From Candidatus Poribacteria bacterium (GTDB taxonomy: Bacteria > Poribacteria > WGA-4E > PCPOR2b), in assembly GCA_965198175.1 (NCBI GenBank), contig OZ240245.1:3744001-3808000 (forward strand): DNA of 64,000 nt. The letters are read 5' to 3'. The translations under genes and the position numbers were made by a program. Positions 29,498-40,093 of this stretch are shown one piece after another; position 1 is the stretch's first letter, and every line of letters starts with the position of its first letter. The notes beneath the pieces are model-generated. The model had not been told where the DNA came from. It did not search any database and saw only the letters and a list, made by a program, of their open reading frames with translations.

Positions 29498-29830
29498 TTG
29501 AAAAAAGAGGAAATTTTTGAAGAATGCCAGTTGATGCTATCCCCGAGATTAAGAAAATCCAAGAGTGTTACAGACGATATGCTTTTGGGGCAAATAGAGG
29601 AACTCGATAAATCCTTAATCGGAATGACTTTCTCAGATAAAAATTGTCCCCCTAAGGCATTTTTTGTGGGGGCAGCCATAGAAAATATCATGGCTAGAGA
29701 AATCTACGATCGACTGTATAATCACACTCTGTCAAATGGGGCGCATTCAACGAATGAAAATCAAGTTGTTTCGCTGTGTGATTGGGTTAATCAAAATCTG
29801 AGGCAAAAGGCTGATAACAAAGCCATGTAA
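29498..29830 (+). CDS. Hypothetical protein or gene remnant
   Basis: 110-aa ORF with a TTG start and no clear RBS, inside the AT-rich island. Confidence 0.35.
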   Translation: MKKEEIFEECQLMLSPRLRKSKSVTDDMLLGQIEELDKSLIGMTFSDKNCPPKAFFVGAAIENIMAREIYDRLYNHTLSNGAHSTNENQVVSLCDWVNQNLRQKADNKAM

Positions 29831-30019
29831 TTGGGTGATGCAGCAAGTAATTGAAGAAGGCTTAGTTCTGGGTTGAGATTTGCGTGGCAACCATGAGGTA
29901 AACCTATTCATAACATCGCTTTAAGATTGCGACTAGTTTTGGTTTGTCATGAGTCACTGGCATACGACTCCCCAACTGAACTGAGTGTTGTTAATTGGAG
30001 TTATTTCAAAGGTTAATCA

Positions 30020-30889
30020 ATGACGTATAGCGACGAGCAAAAACAGACACAGATAGAATTACAATCCCGGACAATCGCCGAGTTTTTGGAAAGTACGCCC
30101 CCGAATCAAATAGCATATATCACTGATTTGGTCACGCACCCATACCTAGGCCGCTACGCGATTAATTCGCCAATACTTCAGCTTCACTGTTCCGATGAGT
30201 TGTGCAATGGAGTTAGATTTTTTCGTTCCGTTAATGTTTCAAGCGAGGGAAACAACATAAGTGAGAATGAAATGAGTTATTTCTACGTTACTTACCAGTG
30301 CTCAAACTGCCAAAAGACACGAAAAACGTATTTTTTGGCGGCGCAAACTCAAAAGGCAGGGCACCCTCACGGGAATTGTTATAAGTTTGGTGAGTTTCCA
30401 CCGTATGGTCCACACGTTCCTCCACGGCTTATCAAACTCATTGGACCTGATAGAGAGGAGTTTTTAAAAGGTAGAAGATGTGAGAATCAGGGACTCGGCA
30501 TCGGTGCTTTTACTTATTATCGCAGGGTCGTGGAAAAGCAGAAGAATAGGATTTTGGAGGAAATAGTCAAAGTATCTGAGAAAATCGGGGTGCCACAAGG
30601 CAAAATCAAGAAATTGCATGAAGCAATAGGGGAAACTCAATTTAAAAGAGCACTTGATATTGCAAAGGATGTCATGCCGGAAAGCCTACTGATTTATGGC
30701 CAGAGCCCAATTCTTTTGCTGCATCGTGCGCTTAGTCGAGGTGTGCATGAATTGTCTGATGAGAGATGTTTGGAACTTGCTAGGGATGTTAGGGTGGTTT
30801 TGGCTGAACTGTCCGAAAGGCTGTCATCTGTTTCAAAGGATGAAACTGAATTGAAGAAAGCTGTGTCCGCATTAATGAATCAAGAATAG
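30020..30889 (+). CDS. DUF4145/HEPN-like protein with an N-terminal Zn-ribbon
   Basis: Cx4C and CxxC pairs; GIGAFTYYRRVVE helix and LSRGVH (degenerate Rx4H position). Confidence 0.65.
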   Translation: MTYSDEQKQTQIELQSRTIAEFLESTPPNQIAYITDLVTHPYLGRYAINSPILQLHCSDELCNGVRFFRSVNVSSEGNNISENEMSYFYVTYQCSNCQKTRKTYFLAAQTQKAGHPHGNCYKFGEFPPYGPHVPPRLIKLIGPDREEFLKGRRCENQGLGIGAFTYYRRVVEKQKNRILEEIVKVSEKIGVPQGKIKKLHEAIGETQFKRALDIAKDVMPESLLIYGQSPILLLHRALSRGVHELSDERCLELARDVRVVLAELSERLSSVSKDETELKKAVSALMNQE

Positions 30890-31030
30890 CGAGTAACTAA
30901 AGGCATCAATGGACTGAGAAAAGTTGTGCTTTCTCTGCGTTCCAGTTTCCGCTACCAGCGTTGTGGCTGTCATTCTGTTCGACATTGCCCTTGTTTCAGG
31001 CACATCAGAAAAAAGGACTGAAAAATTATC

Positions 31031-31126
31031 ATGAAAGAAATTGAAGTTGGTATTATTGGCATCGAGGGAATTGCAGTACGGAATCATCTGCCGAGCCGCC
31101 AATATGTCGAAGGGGTTCCGCCTTGA
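31031..31126 (+). pseudogene. N-terminal remnant of a Gfo/Idh/MocA oxidoreductase
   Basis: MKEIEVGIIGIEGIAVRNHLP.. Rossmann start with a stop after 31 codons; AAGGA RBS. Confidence 0.5.
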
Positions 31127-31220
31127 AGTGATATAGGTGCGGTCGAACGGTTAAAATCGAATCCCTATCAAGGACAATTGAGATGCTGCTTTTCAACAAC
31201 ACTGTTTTTTAATAGATAGA

Positions 31221-31404
31221 ATGAAACCTGACGCTCAATCCAACTGACGCAGTGATTAAGAAACGTTGGGTTTCACTTTAGAAACAGTGACTAGTTGCCA
31301 GTGGCTAGTGATTAGCAAAAGCAAGACTGACCCCTCACATTTGCATCAATAGAGGGGATCCCATCTTCGATTTTATGATTGAAGATTGTTCAACCCAACC
31401 TACT
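31221..31404. repeat. REP-like palindromic remnants
   Basis: TGAAACCTGACG...CGTTGGGTTTCA inverted pair and a TTCAACCCAACCTAC end motif, separated by a ~110-bp stretch with heptamer repeats. Confidence 0.4.
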
Positions 31405-31507
31405 CTTAACTCCATGAGCGCCGCGGAGAACGGTGTGTAGCGTGTTTCGGCTGTATTGTATGAGGCGAGAAACTACCATCACCACATTCAAAAAGGATAC
31501 AAAAACG

Positions 31508-34198
31508 ATGGACTTGACGCAAACGCAACGAATTATTGGATTTACAGCGGTAGTCTGCCTTTGGGTTGCCGTCAACTGTGCCGCGTCCGAGGCGCTGACG
31601 TTGGACGATCTCTTCCCGACCGACCGGGTGTTGGACGTGCAAATCACCGTCTCGGATAAGGATTGGGACAGCATCCGCTATCAGGCGCGGGATTTTAGAT
31701 CGGCCCTGCACGAGCGCCGCAAAGAGGCGCCGATTGATTCGCCCTACACCTATGTCAATGCGAGTGTGACGATTGACGGGGTGGAATTTCCCGATGTTGG
31801 ACTTCGCAAAAAAGGGTTCCTCGGATCGCTAAACACGGAACGACCGTCACTCAAGATTAAACTCAATCACATTGACAAAAATGGCGGTATTCAGGGCTTG
31901 ACCAACCTAACATTGAACAACAACCAACAGGACGTGAGTTTGGTGAGCCAATTTATGGGTTATGCCCTGTTTAACGCCGCTGGTTCCCCCGCGCCGCGGT
32001 GTGCTTATGCGAGCGTGAAGGTCAATGACGTGGACCTCGGCATCTATTCCCATGTCGAAACCGTTCGTCGTTCGTTGCTGGAACGGGCATTCGGTAACAG
32101 CGACGGCACGCTGTATGAGGGACCATACGTCGATTTCTACGAAGGATGGGAAGGGAGTTTCGAGCACAAAACGGGAGCGTATGAGCCGGGACGGGAGAAG
32201 ATTAGTCAACTCATCACAGCCCTGCAACGCGATGACGAAGATATTGGGCAAGCGATTGGCGAGTTGGTTCATCTCGATTCGTTTTACACCTTCTGGGCGT
32301 TGGAAGGGTTGCTGGGTTTTTGGGACGGATACTCCGGGAACAGCAACAACTACTTCTTTTATCTGAACCCGGAGACCGATAAATTCCACTTTATACCGTG
32401 GGGTGCGGATTCGCTATTTGTTAAGTTCAGTAAGCTCGAATATAATCCACGTGCCCCGATCTCTGTCAAGACACAAGGTTTGATTGCTCACAAGCTCTAT
32501 CAACTAGAAGCTGGGCGGGAACGTTACGCCGAGACACTCAGGAGGATTATGAACAAGCACTGGATCGAGTCGGAATTGCTCGCCCAACTCGACCGGATCG
32601 AAGCACTGGTCACGCCGAATTTGATCGAATCCCAGCTCTCCTTTTATGATGAGGACAGACGGAAGAAGGAAGGCTACACATACGCCCAGGCGTTGGACGA
32701 AACGCGGAAATTCATCCGCCATCGCCGCGCCGAGTTTCTCGAGGAGACAGCGGACGGAATGCCGGAATGGCGCGCGGAACCGAAGGAGCTGTTTGTCATT
32801 AGGGAAGAGGACACGTTCAAACCAAAACCCGACTCGATTTGGAGCGCCGCCCACACCGGGAACACCGTAGCCATCGAACAGCACTTGGCTGAGGGTGCAG
32901 ATGTCAACGCTAAGGATGGCAAATTTGGGGTGACGCTCTTGTCGTGGGCGGCGCTTGGGCGTCAGATTGACGCGGTCGAACTGCTCATCCTGAAAGGTGC
33001 AAATATCAATGCTGGAAACAACGATGGCAATACGCCCTTACATACTGCTGTGTTTCTCGGCGAATATGAGATCGCCCAACTGCTGGTAAAAAATGGTGCA
33101 GATGTAAATGTCAGGAACGATGACGGCGACGCTCCGATGAACAGCTTAGAGGCGGATTGGGAAACCACCAAAGCCATTGCCGGTTGGCTGCAGATAAAGG
33201 TTGACCAAGAAAAGGTCGAAAGCGGCAGGGCTCAAGTCGAAGCGCTGCTGCGGCAACACGGCGCCCGATCCGCGAACCCACATCGTAATGAACTTTGTGC
33301 TGCAGCAAAGAACGGAAATATCGAAGCGCTCAGAAAGTATTTAGGAACTGGCGCGGATGTTAACTCGCGGGACAGAGAGTACGGGATTACGCCACTGGCT
33401 TGGGCGGCTTTTGTCGGCCACAGGGATATCGTCGAACTTCTGATCCGCAGTGGGGCGGATGTAAACGCCAAGAATCGAGATGCCGGAACGGCGCTTCACG
33501 GCGCCGCCTTTTTCGGGCAAGTTGAGGTCGCGGAACTGTTGATTGATAACGGCGCAAATACAAACGCCAAGCATGCGAGCGGTGACACACCCTTGGATAG
33601 CGCGAACGTCGACTGGGAAACCACTCAGTTTATTGCCGGGCTGTTACGGGTTGAGGTTGACCGGGAAAAAGTCGAAAGCGGTAGGACTCAGGTTAAAGCG
33701 CTGCTCCACCAACACGGCGCTCAGACCGCCAGCCCGCTCCACGATGAGCTTTGTACTGCAGCAAAGACCGGAAACACCGAAGCTGTCAGGAAACATTTAA
33801 CCGCTGGGGCAGATGTCAACGCGAGAGATAGTAAATTTGGGGTGACGCCGTTGTCTTGGGCGGCTTTTGTCGGCGAGGTCGGAATCGCCGAACTTCTCAT
33901 CCAGAGTGGGGCGGATGTCAATGCTACGAACCGGGACCGTGGAACAGCGCTGCACGGCGCCGCCTTTTTCGGGAAAGTTGAGGTCGCGGAACTGTTAATT
34001 GGTAAAGGCGCTGATACAAATGCCAGACATGAGAGCGGTGACATTCCACTCGATAGCTCGAATGTGGACTGGGAAACCACTCAGTTTATTGCGGGATTGT
34101 TGCAAGTACGGATTGACCGAGAAGAAGTCGAAAGCGGCAGGGCTAAAATCGCCGACATACTCCACCAACACCGCATCAAACCCGACATCAAAAAGTAG
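31508..34198 (+). CDS. Secreted CotH-family kinase fused to three ankyrin-repeat modules
   Basis: Signal peptide from MDLTQ; VGLRKKG, SLKIK, WDGY...NNY, FIPWGAD; ankyrin GADVNA.D..G.TPL..AA repeats. Confidence 0.92.
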   Translation: MDLTQTQRIIGFTAVVCLWVAVNCAASEALTLDDLFPTDRVLDVQITVSDKDWDSIRYQARDFRSALHERRKEAPIDSPYTYVNASVTIDGVEFPDVGLRKKGFLGSLNTERPSLKIKLNHIDKNGGIQGLTNLTLNNNQQDVSLVSQFMGYALFNAAGSPAPRCAYASVKVNDVDLGIYSHVETVRRSLLERAFGNSDGTLYEGPYVDFYEGWEGSFEHKTGAYEPGREKISQLITALQRDDEDIGQAIGELVHLDSFYTFWALEGLLGFWDGYSGNSNNYFFYLNPETDKFHFIPWGADSLFVKFSKLEYNPRAPISVKTQGLIAHKLYQLEAGRERYAETLRRIMNKHWIESELLAQLDRIEALVTPNLIESQLSFYDEDRRKKEGYTYAQALDETRKFIRHRRAEFLEETADGMPEWRAEPKELFVIREEDTFKPKPDSIWSAAHTGNTVAIEQHLAEGADVNAKDGKFGVTLLSWAALGRQIDAVELLILKGANINAGNNDGNTPLHTAVFLGEYEIAQLLVKNGADVNVRNDDGDAPMNSLEADWETTKAIAGWLQIKVDQEKVESGRAQVEALLRQHGARSANPHRNELCAAAKNGNIEALRKYLGTGADVNSRDREYGITPLAWAAFVGHRDIVELLIRSGADVNAKNRDAGTALHGAAFFGQVEVAELLIDNGANTNAKHASGDTPLDSANVDWETTQFIAGLLRVEVDREKVESGRTQVKALLHQHGAQTASPLHDELCTAAKTGNTEAVRKHLTAGADVNARDSKFGVTPLSWAAFVGEVGIAELLIQSGADVNATNRDRGTALHGAAFFGKVEVAELLIGKGADTNARHESGDIPLDSSNVDWETTQFIAGLLQVRIDREEVESGRAKIADILHQHRIKPDIKK
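32830..34170 (+). repeat. Three tandem 456-bp (152-aa) intragenic units
   Basis: The Trp codon of DWETT falls at 33158, 33614 and 34070, exactly 456 bp apart. Confidence 0.9.
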
Positions 34199-34336
34199 GC
34201 GTAGGCGGTCGCACAGAAGATGGTATTGAGCAATCGTCTTTGTCACCGATTACACCAAAACAGATGCTCGCAACGGGCAAAGTCGTATCAATTCCTTTTG
34301 AGGGAAGCGGTACGCCACCGACATTATGTCCGGCAC

Positions 34337-35164
34337 CTACTTCGACCGATACGCATGAGTCGCACTAAGGAATTCACCTACGCATGGAGGGACGAGACTA
34401 TCGATCGAATCTCCGCGTTCAATCTGTGTACGGATTTGGGTCGAAGATATTTCGGCATAGAAACTGGGCAACTGAATCAGGTCTATATACTTTGCATAGC
34501 GACGAATCTCCGGCAGTTCAAGGAATTTTCTCACAGCATCTGCATTATGTGCCTCACGGTTCGCGACGATTAGACGGCACCGATCGAAAAAGGATTTCAA
34601 GGCGGTGTGGATGTCGGTGTAATATTTGGCGTCGAAGATTCGTACAAACGTATCGTAACCGACGATAAACGAGAAATGGGTGCTGGGAGGATACGCAACC
34701 TTCAACGCACGAAGTTTCTCAATGAACCGCCCATGGCTACACACAGCGACCGAGATATCTTCTCGGCTGATAGCGTACAGCTTGAGCATCAACAGTCGAT
34801 CCGCCAGAGAAAGTCCAAACACGTTTTTATCGACGTTCGCTTTTGCTAGGAGTAGAAGTATCTCTTGCAGATTGAAATTGGCACCCGCCGTTTCCATCAT
34901 TTTGACATGGGCAACCGTGAGCGGATTGAATGAACCGGAAAAAATACCGAGTTTTTCCTCGTCTGCCACGATGCGCTTGGTGGCACGGTGGACCCAGCGG
35001 ATTTGCGGTTCGGCGTGATGTTGGAGCTGAGCAAGGAGTTCTATCAGACGGTTGTAGTCATCGGCGTACTCCGGGTATTGCGAGAATCTCACAGTTAAGC
35101 TCCACCATATCGAAATCGGCATTAGGTATTGATTTAGGGCGGTGTTGTTGATGTGGCATTCCAA
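34337..35164 (-). CDS. Nicotinamide/nicotinate-nucleotide adenylyltransferase-like (Pof1/NadD-type); true start uncertain
   Basis: SGSFNPLTVAH, NVDK, RFIEK, FIVGYDT.VRI.DAKYY, ISSTQIR. Confidence 0.8.
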   Translation of the reverse strand: MECHINNTALNQYLMPISIWWSLTVRFSQYPEYADDYNRLIELLAQLQHHAEPQIRWVHRATKRIVADEEKLGIFSGSFNPLTVAHVKMMETAGANFNLQEILLLLAKANVDKNVFGLSLADRLLMLKLYAISREDISVAVCSHGRFIEKLRALKVAYPPSTHFSFIVGYDTFVRIFDAKYYTDIHTALKSFFDRCRLIVANREAHNADAVRKFLELPEIRRYAKYIDLIQLPSFYAEISSTQIRTQIERGDSIDSLVPPCVGEFLSATHAYRSK

Positions 35165-35179
35165 CCAAATTTCTTCGGT

Positions 35180-37891
35180 TCAGGCTTTACGTTTGACGGG
35201 TTTCTGCAAGATTAGCTGCGTTCTATCTTCGCGCGCCAAGGTCTCGAAGAACCGCTTCGCGGCGGGATAATCCTCGGGTGAAATGATTGGATTCTTAAGT
35301 GTGAACTGGAGTTTGTAACGAATCTCGTTCCCCTCAGATTCGTACTGGCGATCCATGCTGGCAAAGCTGTGCGCCACTTGGATATCTTCCGGCAGCGCAG
35401 CTGTCCATCCCTGCGGCAGGGCAATCCGAATGGTCTTCTCCATCTGCAGCGGATAGCTGAACTCGAGCGGGTACTTTCGTTCAATCGCTGCAAAGAGTTC
35501 CGCATAATCTGTGAACTCATCGCTCGGCAGCGGAAAGAGGAGACTCCCATTGATCCGTTTGACATATTTTTCGACGGTAAACTCGAGCTCGACGTGAACT
35601 GGTACGATGAGATTATTGAGATCAGAGATTGTCACGCGATCAATCCTGACGCCAGGAAACTGAGCGCTGAGTTCCCCAGCAAACGTATCGGTCCACTCAC
35701 CTGGGTGGACCGGCTTGTATTGCAAGCGGGCTTCGAGGTTGTACTGCCCGCTCGTATCGACGCGCATTTTGCCGTGAAGTCCGCCACTTTCACTCAGCCT
35801 AATTTCCATATTGACGATTAACCTATTGGATTCGGGGGGAAAAGCGGGAATGTCCACGAATTCGCCCTGCACCTCTCCGATTACGAACCCTTTGCGCCCT
35901 TGATCGCTCGCGGGGAGATCGCCGTAACTGCATTCTGATGTTGCATCCAGCCAGTGATGCGTACCGCCGTCTCTGGGAACTGCCGTGATGACGTGACTGA
36001 ACTGTCCAAGCGATGGAATCTCAATATCAACCCGCTCATAGGGCGTCGGATTGAGCAGTACCGGAAACGCTTTGATCCCGACTAGATTGAGCATCGAAAT
36101 CAGTAGTGTGGTCTTGTCCTTGCAATCGCCGTATCGCATCTTAAACACCTGACACGCTGGCGATGGCTGATAGGCACCTTGTCCCAACTCGATACCGACG
36201 TAGCGAATCTTCGACGTGACAAAATGATAGAGCGCCTGAACTTTGTCCGACGGTGCTTCGAGATTCGCTGTGATAGCTCGCACGGTTTTTTCGATGGCTT
36301 CATCGGCGGCGTATCGCTCCTTTGCGAGCGCTTTGTACCACTCGTAAACAGCGTCCCACGACCTCACTGAGGAATAGCTGAGTCGAGGCGCAATATCTTT
36401 GGTCGCCGGCATACCTACCTCTTCCACGAGCCCCGGCGTTTCGCCATAGGTCCAGATGTAGGTACTCGCTTCCCCTTCATGACGCACCTGCGGATTAAGT
36501 TGACAATTGACCGCTTTCCACCGAAAGCGCGTATCTCTAGGGACGCGCAGCGCATAGCAGGATTGCAGGGTCACATCCGTGGCTTGAAAGCTGAAATCTC
36601 CCCAAAACCATGTTTCGTTGCCCACCGTTTGTCCCCCTGTGTCTTCAAGCGTCACCTGATATTCGATACACACACCTGGTTCGAGGGCGGGCATCGAAAT
36701 CACTTTCCACATCGCATCCGAATAGAGATTGTAAGCGAGCAAGCCCGGCGGGGTAACATCGTTGTACGCCTCATCAAGCGGCTCAACCACGGACCCGTCA
36801 GGCAGAATTGTCCGCGCGATATTGACGGTGATATACTGTGCCATCGGGTTGTATGGGATTGCGATGTCATCATATTGCTGACTGCCTCTGTCCGTCAGAA
36901 TTTTGACCACCTGATGCGAGGTATATCGGGATTTACCCGTCGGCAATACATCATGGCTGAACTGGTTGAGTAACAGGATTGCATCAGCGTCGGGATAAAC
37001 CTCTGCATCCGGGGCTTGCGCAAGGATTGCGTCAATATCGGTGTCAATGAGTTCGACCGGCGGAACTTCGGCAGTAGCAAAGGCGGGGGAGCTAAATTGA
37101 GAAAGGGTTTGGAGCCGAGCCGGGGCGAGCAGGTTCTCCGGATCGACCTGCAGAATTTCGTAATATTGCAACTCCGCTTCGTAGTAACGCCCCTCGTTTT
37201 CATAGATTGCAGCGAGTTGTTGGCGTGCCCACACGTCGTCGGGGAAAAGTCGAATCGATTCTCGAAAGTCAGCGATGGCTTCGCCGGTCTCTCCCCTTTC
37301 AAGGTAAATCAAGGCGAGGTAGTTATGCGTATTCTTACTCGCTGAACGCGTAGATTTCGGATCGAGCGCCAACGCTTGCCGCAATACTGCTTCCGCCTCA
37401 TCAAGGCGTTGGAGTTGTTTATACGCTAACCCGAGATGGTTAAGTGTATACAGGTTACGCGGATCAAGCTTCAATGCACCTTCATACGCCTGTGCGGCGG
37501 CTTCATAATTGTTAAGATTCTCGTGGATGTATCCCAGATAATTTCGCGCGTTGACGTTTTTCGTATCGAGTTTTAACAGAGCAGCAAAAGCATCCCGCGC
37601 TTTTTCGTATTCCTGACGTTGAAAGTGGATTTCGGCAATTTTGAGCTGAGTCTCGCTCGAATTGGGTTTGATTGCCATAGCCGCTTGATAGGCTTGGAGC
37701 GCGCGATCGAAGTCACGATTCTGGAACGCCCAATTTCCTTTGTCAATCTGTTCCTGCCATTGTCGATTCCGCTCGACGAGCGGATCAATAATCTCCACTT
37801 CAGACGATTGACTCCGCGTGAAAACGGCACATCCACCAAGCACCAGGACAAGCATGATGAGGGCGACGTACTTCAACCAACCAATTGTCAT
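35180..37891 (-). CDS. Lipoprotein with TPRs, DUF3857 and a transglutaminase-like domain
   Basis: Lipobox LGGC; TPRs; Cys-His-Asp motifs GDCKDK, FSHVI, WLDAT. Confidence 0.88.
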   Translation of the reverse strand: MTIGWLKYVALIMLVLVLGGCAVFTRSQSSEVEIIDPLVERNRQWQEQIDKGNWAFQNRDFDRALQAYQAAMAIKPNSSETQLKIAEIHFQRQEYEKARDAFAALLKLDTKNVNARNYLGYIHENLNNYEAAAQAYEGALKLDPRNLYTLNHLGLAYKQLQRLDEAEAVLRQALALDPKSTRSASKNTHNYLALIYLERGETGEAIADFRESIRLFPDDVWARQQLAAIYENEGRYYEAELQYYEILQVDPENLLAPARLQTLSQFSSPAFATAEVPPVELIDTDIDAILAQAPDAEVYPDADAILLLNQFSHDVLPTGKSRYTSHQVVKILTDRGSQQYDDIAIPYNPMAQYITVNIARTILPDGSVVEPLDEAYNDVTPPGLLAYNLYSDAMWKVISMPALEPGVCIEYQVTLEDTGGQTVGNETWFWGDFSFQATDVTLQSCYALRVPRDTRFRWKAVNCQLNPQVRHEGEASTYIWTYGETPGLVEEVGMPATKDIAPRLSYSSVRSWDAVYEWYKALAKERYAADEAIEKTVRAITANLEAPSDKVQALYHFVTSKIRYVGIELGQGAYQPSPACQVFKMRYGDCKDKTTLLISMLNLVGIKAFPVLLNPTPYERVDIEIPSLGQFSHVITAVPRDGGTHHWLDATSECSYGDLPASDQGRKGFVIGEVQGEFVDIPAFPPESNRLIVNMEIRLSESGGLHGKMRVDTSGQYNLEARLQYKPVHPGEWTDTFAGELSAQFPGVRIDRVTISDLNNLIVPVHVELEFTVEKYVKRINGSLLFPLPSDEFTDYAELFAAIERKYPLEFSYPLQMEKTIRIALPQGWTAALPEDIQVAHSFASMDRQYESEGNEIRYKLQFTLKNPIISPEDYPAAKRFFETLAREDRTQLILQKPVKRKA

Positions 37892-37893
37892 CG

Positions 37894-39836
37894 CTATTTT
37901 CCTTCCATTTGGATTCGCTTCTGCCTAGCTGCTTGAATCGTTTCAAGTCCCTTGAGGAGCTTGGGGTTATCCGGCTGTAGTACTAACGCTTTTTGGATGG
38001 CTTCTTCCGCACTCACATAGTCTTTATTGCGGTAATACAACCAGGATAGAGTGTTGAGATAACTCGCCGAGTTGGGTTGGATTTCGACTGCCTTCTGAGC
38101 CAGCTCTAGCGCCTCGTCGAGGCGGGTGTCCTGTATAGCATAGAGTTGCGCCAACCGTTCGTAAGCCTTGTCAAAGGAAGGGTTGAGTGAAATGCTCTGC
38201 TGATACGCCTGTACCGCCCGGTCGATTTCGTTCTGCTTGGCATAGATTGTACCCAAGAAGTAGTGTGTCTCAGCCATTTCTGGTTGAAGGCTTACGGCTG
38301 CGTTTAGATTGTTTGCTGCTTCATCTAGTCGACCCCTCCACAAGCCGATGAGCCCTAACATGTGATATGCTTCAGCGAGATTCGGGTTTCGTTTAATCGC
38401 CTCCTGATAGTGATGGGCAGCCTGTTCAGGTTTATCTTGACTTAAGTAGACACGTGCCAGCCCCGGTGGACTCGTGTATCATCTGGCAGAAGTGACAGCA
38501 GTTTATCATAAGCAGCTTGTGCCTCTTGGAGACGGGAGAGTTGAAAAGCGATGCTACCGATGTTCAGCCACACTTCTGAGTTATCCGGTTCCAATTCCGC
38601 AGTCCGGCGATATGATGAAAGGGCTTTTTCAAAATCCACGCTGTTTCCGGATTTTTGGGCTTTCCTAAACCAAACATGTCCTAGCTCGCTATGTGAGGAA
38701 GCCTCGTCCGGTTTCAGTTCGACCGCGCGATGTTGGGCTTCAAGCGCCTCCTCGAATCGTTCCTGCATGGTGTAGATATGGCTGAGTCCGCTGTATGCCG
38801 CCGCCATATTCGAATCATGCCAGAGCGATTTCTTGAATTGGTGTATCGCTGCTTCATATTTCTTTTCGTCAATGTATTTCCAGCCGAGGTTCGATAGAGT
38901 GACCGCTTTTCCTCTACCCTGGGGTGCACGCAACATTTCGACTTCATCGGCTAGTTCTGCCTTGAGGCGCCGAAACTTCTCCATTGCCTTTTTCGCCTCG
39001 GCTTTTTTGCCCTGTCTGAAATACAACAATGCCAAGCGGTAGTATGTGCTCGCGAGTTGTGGATTAACGCGAACAGCATTGCGAAACGCCTTCTCTGCCT
39101 TCTTCTCCTGTTGCTTCTGAATGTGCGCTACGCCAAGCCAGAAGTGCGCCTCCGCAAGTGGTGGACCCAAACGAATCGCCTGCTCATAGTATGCAATTGC
39201 CGAGTCAACAGAATCTCGCTCAAATGCGGTCCGTCCAAGAAAGTAACTCACGCCGGCTAGCGAAAGAGGCGTTAGTGTATAGGTTTGACTACCCTCCTGC
39301 AAAATGGGCGACGATGCAAGCCTAGCGTCCTGTGCTTTCGTCGCCTCCATCAGCGCAAAACCCTTTTTGAATGCAGCATCTGCTGCCTCATGGCTTTGCA
39401 GCCGAAAATAGGTCACGCCCAACTGCGCATGAGCTTGGCCCCAATCGGGGAAGCGGCGAACCGCTGTCTCGAACACCTCGCTGGCTTTATCATACAGTTT
39501 CTGTATGAGATAAGTGCCACCTAGACAGTAGTGGCCGGCAGGGTGATTCTCATCTAGGTGTAATACATTCTCGAACGTTTCCGCAGCCCGATCCACTGCG
39601 CCAAGCGACAGATACGCCAGCCCTAGATTCAAATGCGCCTCTGCGGATGTAGGATCTTCGTCTAGAATCTTCTGATACGCAGCAGCCGTTCCCGCCAGAT
39701 CGGAGGATGCAACTGCTTGGGCACACGCCACCACGCCCAGCACTAGAAGTATGGCTGACATAGAGAACAAGGTAATGCATCTTAGCACTTTTCTAGGGAA
39801 GAAATCGAAACGCATCAAGGCTCCCTGTCTTCGCAT
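37894..39836 (-). pseudogene. Long TPR protein with a single-base frameshift (pseudogene or sequencing error)
   Basis: Adding one G to the minus-strand G4 run (38461-38464) joins both track ORFs through HRGLARVYLSQDKPEQAAHHYQEAIKRNPNLAEAYHMLG. Confidence 0.82.
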
Positions 39837-40093
39837 CCTGAAGTGGTCATCGGAACTCGCAACACTTCACGGTATTGTACATGAATTCTCGTTTTGTGTC
39901 AAGATCAGAAAACGTAAAGCGCATTTCTCACAAATGCCACGACCTTCTTTGTGATGACAGATTTGTATTGCAAAAGAGCACTTTTCGCCGTATAATACCG
40001 GAGTTGGTGGTTTTGTTGTCGGAGCTGGACGGTGTGCCTATCTCCCGTGCAGATTTGTGCACCACTACCTGTCAATGCAGATTGGGGGTACTC

